DNA from: Candidatus Cloacimonadales bacterium
GTDB lineage: Bacteria > Cloacimonadota > Cloacimonadia > Cloacimonadales > DAONDQ01
Assembly: GCA_963662275.1 (NCBI GenBank)
Contig: OY759316.1
Span: 128,001 to 192,000 of the forward strand
DNA: 64,000 nt
Reading direction: 5' to 3'
Of the stretch, positions 60,194 to 64,000 are shown in pieces. The notes under the pieces were generated by a model, which was given only the letters and a program-made list of their open reading frames with translations, made no database searches and had not been told where the DNA came from. The position numbers and the translations under genes are program-made. The stretch's first letter is position 1. Every line of letters starts with the position of its first letter.

Positions 60194-62060
60194 TACAATC
60201 ATATGATACAAGGTCGGAACGCTGTTTTCAAACGGCTATGCATTAATAAAAGGCACAAAATATAGCTTACTATAGGAAGGTTAGAAAATTAAGGTAGAAA
60301 AACCTCCCTCGTTGATATACATAGATCAAATCAACAAAGGAGGTAACAATGATTACCACATCAAAATCTAACCCAAAGAGGTTTTTTGTCAACTCAGAAA
60401 TGATGCTTGTTGGCATTGATATCAGCAAGCACAAACACAGTGTGTATTTTTGTGATTTTACAGGTGAACGGAAGCGTAAGCCATTTTTTATTACAAACAA
60501 TCATGATGGTTTTCAGTATCTGCTAAAAGAAGCAGAACAGCAAAAGCGTTTGTGGAATCTGAACGAGATTGTATTTGGAATGGAACCAACAGGTTCATAT
60601 GTAAAGCCACTCCAGTACTTCTTGGAAGAACGCTGCTATCAAATCCAAAGCATCAACCCATTACACACTAAAAGATGGAAGGATATTGAAGATAATCATC
60701 CATCCAAGAATGATTTGAAAGACAGTATTATCATTACCTCTCTGTTAAGAATGGGCAAGAGCATCCATCATCGGAGACCTGAAGGTGTTTTCGCGGAGTT
60801 GAACAACTATGCAGCTTATTATCACCAGTTAATCACAGATATTCGCAGGCAGAGGAACTATCTGGAAGCCTCTTATGCCTGTTACTTTCCTGAATTGAGT
60901 AACTTTTTCAAATTTAACAGTACGGGAGTAATGTATATCATGGAGTGTTTTCCTCTTCCTCAGGATATCGTAAATGCAGGATATGAGAATTTTCTGAAGA
61001 TTATGAAAACAAAAAGCAAAGGGTGCATAGCTACAGAGAAGCTTCACAGTTTATATCAGGTATCTCTAACAAGTATTGGCATGAGTCAGGGAGCGGATAG
61101 TGCGAGAGTGGTCATAAATGCGATCTATGAGGATATCAGCTATAAACAATACCATCTCAAACAAATCAAAACAGCAATCATGACATGTGTAGATAAAATC
61201 AGTTATGGATCGTTATTGGTGACAATACCTGGTTTGAGTAAAGTATCAGTGGGGTTAATTCTGGCGGAGACTGGAGATATCAATCAATATGGTCGATATC
61301 AGGATTTAGTCAAACTTGCCGGATTGAGTTTAAAACACAATCAATCAGGAGAATACCATGGGCAATATCATATCTCTAAGGTAGGAAGAGTAAGGTTGCG
61401 AAGGATCTTGTATATGCTTACTCTGGAAATGATTATAAACAATCAATTAATCAATCAGATATATAATTATCAAGTAAAAAAGCGAGGTAATAACAAGGTC
61501 AAAACTATCGTTTCTTTGAGCAGTAAATTACTGGGAATCATGTACTCAATGGTTAAATATGAAAGGTCGTTTGATCCTGAACAGCGAAAGCTATATGCAG
61601 GTTATTTAACTGAAAATAATCAGTGAGCCAAGAAAAAAAAGTAGTCAAAAAATAATGGAGGTGTTTAGATTGGTTCACTCGCCGGATGATGTAGTCATTA
61701 GGCACTAAGGCTTGTTTACAAGACCTTCTACCATAGCTCATTATAGCACACCGGCGGGTATTATCTCAGATAGGATAAAGTAAGAATAGGATACCATCAG
61801 AAGGTAATCCAGTATATCAGCAAGATCGGGATGTAGAACCAAGAGAGCTTTGATAAGTAATATTCGATTTAATCATAGAATTCAGATCGAAAATCAGCGT
61901 CTCTGGAACCCTGCAATGACGCTTCGGTACCCTACGCGTCATTGCAGGGTTCCAGAAAGCCAAGTACTATGAATATATTATAATATATAACTATCTAACT
62001 ATATCAGCCTAATAAATTAAGCATTGCAACGCACATGCTGAAATCACGTATCATATAAAT
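60194..62060 (+). mobile_element. IS110-family element, IS1111-like organisation (ends approximate)
   Basis: IS110 transposase, a short sub-terminal inverted pair atatgatac (60201-09) / gtatcatat (62048-56), and a ~430-bp 3' non-coding segment. Confidence 0.65.
60349..61626 (+). CDS. IS110-family DEDD recombinase/transposase
   Basis: VGIDISK, MEPTG, KNDLKDS, TIPG, AGL....NQSG and ISKVG motifs. Confidence 0.92.
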   Translation: MITTSKSNPKRFFVNSEMMLVGIDISKHKHSVYFCDFTGERKRKPFFITNNHDGFQYLLKEAEQQKRLWNLNEIVFGMEPTGSYVKPLQYFLEERCYQIQSINPLHTKRWKDIEDNHPSKNDLKDSIIITSLLRMGKSIHHRRPEGVFAELNNYAAYYHQLITDIRRQRNYLEASYACYFPELSNFFKFNSTGVMYIMECFPLPQDIVNAGYENFLKIMKTKSKGCIATEKLHSLYQVSLTSIGMSQGADSARVVINAIYEDISYKQYHLKQIKTAIMTCVDKISYGSLLVTIPGLSKVSVGLILAETGDINQYGRYQDLVKLAGLSLKHNQSGEYHGQYHISKVGRVRLRRILYMLTLEMIINNQLINQIYNYQVKKRGNNKVKTIVSLSSKLLGIMYSMVKYERSFDPEQRKLYAGYLTENNQ

Positions 62061-62345
62061 AGGGGTTTAAACCCCCAAACGGCTGAAGCAGTTGTTCCAA
62101 CGACTGAAGTAGTTGCTACTCACTTCAAAATTATTCCTTGCCAAAGAAAAGAATCTGAGCATTGAGTTATTTGAAAAGCATAGTAAGGGAAATGCTTGTT
62201 CCTGAAGGTTGTGGCAAGAACTCTTGAGGGGCTGGATATGTGAGGGCAGGTGGAGAAGAAGGTGAAAGAATAAGTAATAGTGTACTAACAAATAGTAACA
62301 TACAAGATAAGATAATAGATATTAACCAAACAAAGGAGAACTCAG

Positions 62346-64000
62346 ATGAAGTACTTTCTATTTTTAATTGTTCTACTTATTGCCTCAGTTTCAAGTGTGT
62401 TTGCAGAAGAATGGATTAACTATGGTAATCAAAATTTGATACTTTGCTCTTCACAGGAAGGTGACAATTTATGGGTAGGGGCTTGGGGAGGTCTGGTAAA
62501 GCTCAATATCGTAACCGGACAGAAAATCTATTACAATACAACAAACTCGGGACTTGTCGATAACAATGTACAATGCATTTTGATAGATAGCCAGGGGAAC
62601 AAATGGCTTGGTACAGATCGTGGACTTTGCCGTTTTGATGGAACGAACTGGATAACATGGAATGAAGATAATTCTGAAATACCGAATAATTATATTACAG
62701 GTATTGCAACTGATGCATATGCTAATATATGGATAACAACAGAGGGGGGATTGGGCAGGCTGAATAATGGTACTTGGACGAATTGGAATGAAACGAATTC
62801 TGCTCTGCCTACAAATCATCTATCGTGTATTGCCATTGACAATAGTGGTACAAAATGGATTGGATCAAGTGAAGGTGTTATTACTTTTTCAGGAAATACC
62901 TGGAACCAGCTTACGATGGATGATCATGTATCAGCAATTTCAATTGATAACCAGGGGAATAAGTGGTTTGGTTTCGGTAACTCCGGTCTTGGAAAACTCA
63001 GCGGTACGACGTGGACTTATTATAATCCTTCAAATTCTGATATTCCGGACGTCACTATAGAATGTATGGCAACAGATGCAGCAGGAAATGTATGGTTATG
63101 TACCGAAGAAGGTGAAGCAACTATTCGTGGAGGGTTAACAAAATTTGACGGAACGAATTGGACGACTTGGAACACGGCAAATTCAAATATTCCTTTTGAT
63201 ATAATCACATCAATTACAATCATGAATGGAACAGGTGTATGGACAGGAATGTTGTTTAGCGGGATGGTCAGATTTGACGGAACTAACTGGGTCTCATATT
63301 CGTTATCCAATGCAGGCTATTTCTTTCCAGCCGTTAATTGTATCGAAATTGACAGTTCACATAGAAAATGGATCGGAACGGAAGGAGGTTTATCTTTATT
63401 TGCTGGTAACAATTGGAGTTCATGGAGTCCTTTTAATACTCAAGAACAAGTTTTGAATGATGTAGCTCATATAGCAGCAGATAATGATAATGTTGTGTGG
63501 GTGGATTGTGATAACGGTGAAACAAGGGATATCTATAGCTATAATGGGTCAGTATGGACACTGCACCAACCTTCAGAATATGGATTGCAAGTAATAGATA
63601 TTAGTTGTATTAAAACCGATAACCAGAATAATAAGTGGATAGGAACAGGTCAGAGTTTAGTGAAGTTTAATGGGACAAATCATATCATCTATAATTCAAC
63701 AAATTCCCCGATCACCAGCCAGATCAATGATATTATAAGAGATCTGTACGGTAACTTCTGGGTCGCAACTGCAGAAAATGGACTACTTCAATTTAACGGA
63801 ACTGCCTGGACTGCCTTGAACACTTCAAATTCAAATATTCCATCCAACAGAATTAAACGGATAGCAATCGATAATGCTGGTAATAAATGGTTAGCTACTG
63901 CCAGTGGTCTATGCCGTTATGACGATTTAACCTGCACTATCTGGAACACGCAAAACTCTGGCATCCCCACGAATGATGTCTCGTCAGTTGTAACCGGTCA
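62346..64000 (+). CDS. Secreted beta-propeller protein (two-component-regulator-propeller-type repeats), 3' end outside window
   Basis: AAGGAG RBS, MKYFLFLIVLLIASVSSVFA signal peptide, and repeats such as NSGLVDNNV..I.ID..GNKWLGT..GL.RFDG.NW. Confidence 0.85.
   Translation, partial: MKYFLFLIVLLIASVSSVFAEEWINYGNQNLILCSSQEGDNLWVGAWGGLVKLNIVTGQKIYYNTTNSGLVDNNVQCILIDSQGNKWLGTDRGLCRFDGTNWITWNEDNSEIPNNYITGIATDAYANIWITTEGGLGRLNNGTWTNWNETNSALPTNHLSCIAIDNSGTKWIGSSEGVITFSGNTWNQLTMDDHVSAISIDNQGNKWFGFGNSGLGKLSGTTWTYYNPSNSDIPDVTIECMATDAAGNVWLCTEEGEATIRGGLTKFDGTNWTTWNTANSNIPFDIITSITIMNGTGVWTGMLFSGMVRFDGTNWVSYSLSNAGYFFPAVNCIEIDSSHRKWIGTEGGLSLFAGNNWSSWSPFNTQEQVLNDVAHIAADNDNVVWVDCDNGETRDIYSYNGSVWTLHQPSEYGLQVIDISCIKTDNQNNKWIGTGQSLVKFNGTNHIIYNSTNSPITSQINDIIRDLYGNFWVATAENGLLQFNGTAWTALNTSNSNIPSNRIKRIAIDNAGNKWLATASGLCRYDDLTCTIWNTQNSGIPTNDVSSVVTG

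Overview
This is an AT-rich bacterial window. Gene content suggests a Candidatus Cloacimonadota/FCB-type anaerobe, which is inference only. In order: (1) 1-6.4 kb, a minus-strand FHA/PP2C/VWA/M48/ABC phospho-signalling operon. (2) 6.5-11.2 kb, a secreted FGE-sulfatase (C-lectin-fold) protein, a truncated kinase copy, an MNT-HEPN toxin-antitoxin pair and a Ser/Thr kinase-RCC1 gene, separated by REP-like elements. (3) 11.5-16.4 kb, an acidic-repeat/HEAT protein, an MFS transporter and an AlkD-like gene. (4) A 3xFGE surface protein cut from its signal peptide by an intact IS21 with a 4-bp target duplication. (5) A MutS-like ATPase, a large carbohydrate-binding-type protein and a V/A-type ATPase operon (E-C-A-B-D-I-K). 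(6) A roughly 21 kb accessory island between two paralogous 152-aa genes. It holds a HigB/HigA-IrrE pair, two small proteins, a type I R-M system followed by two HEPN-like genes, an IS1182, and the best novelty candidate: a Liv-type ABC importer split around an unannotated 58-aa putative precursor peptide, a radical SAM/SPASM enzyme, a membrane protein of unknown function and a B12-dependent radical SAM enzyme. (7) An IS110/IS1111-type element with a long structured 3' non-coding end, then a partial beta-propeller protein. No rRNA, tRNA, CRISPR array or reverse transcriptase was recognised. Family assignments come from motif recognition by eye; no database search was run.
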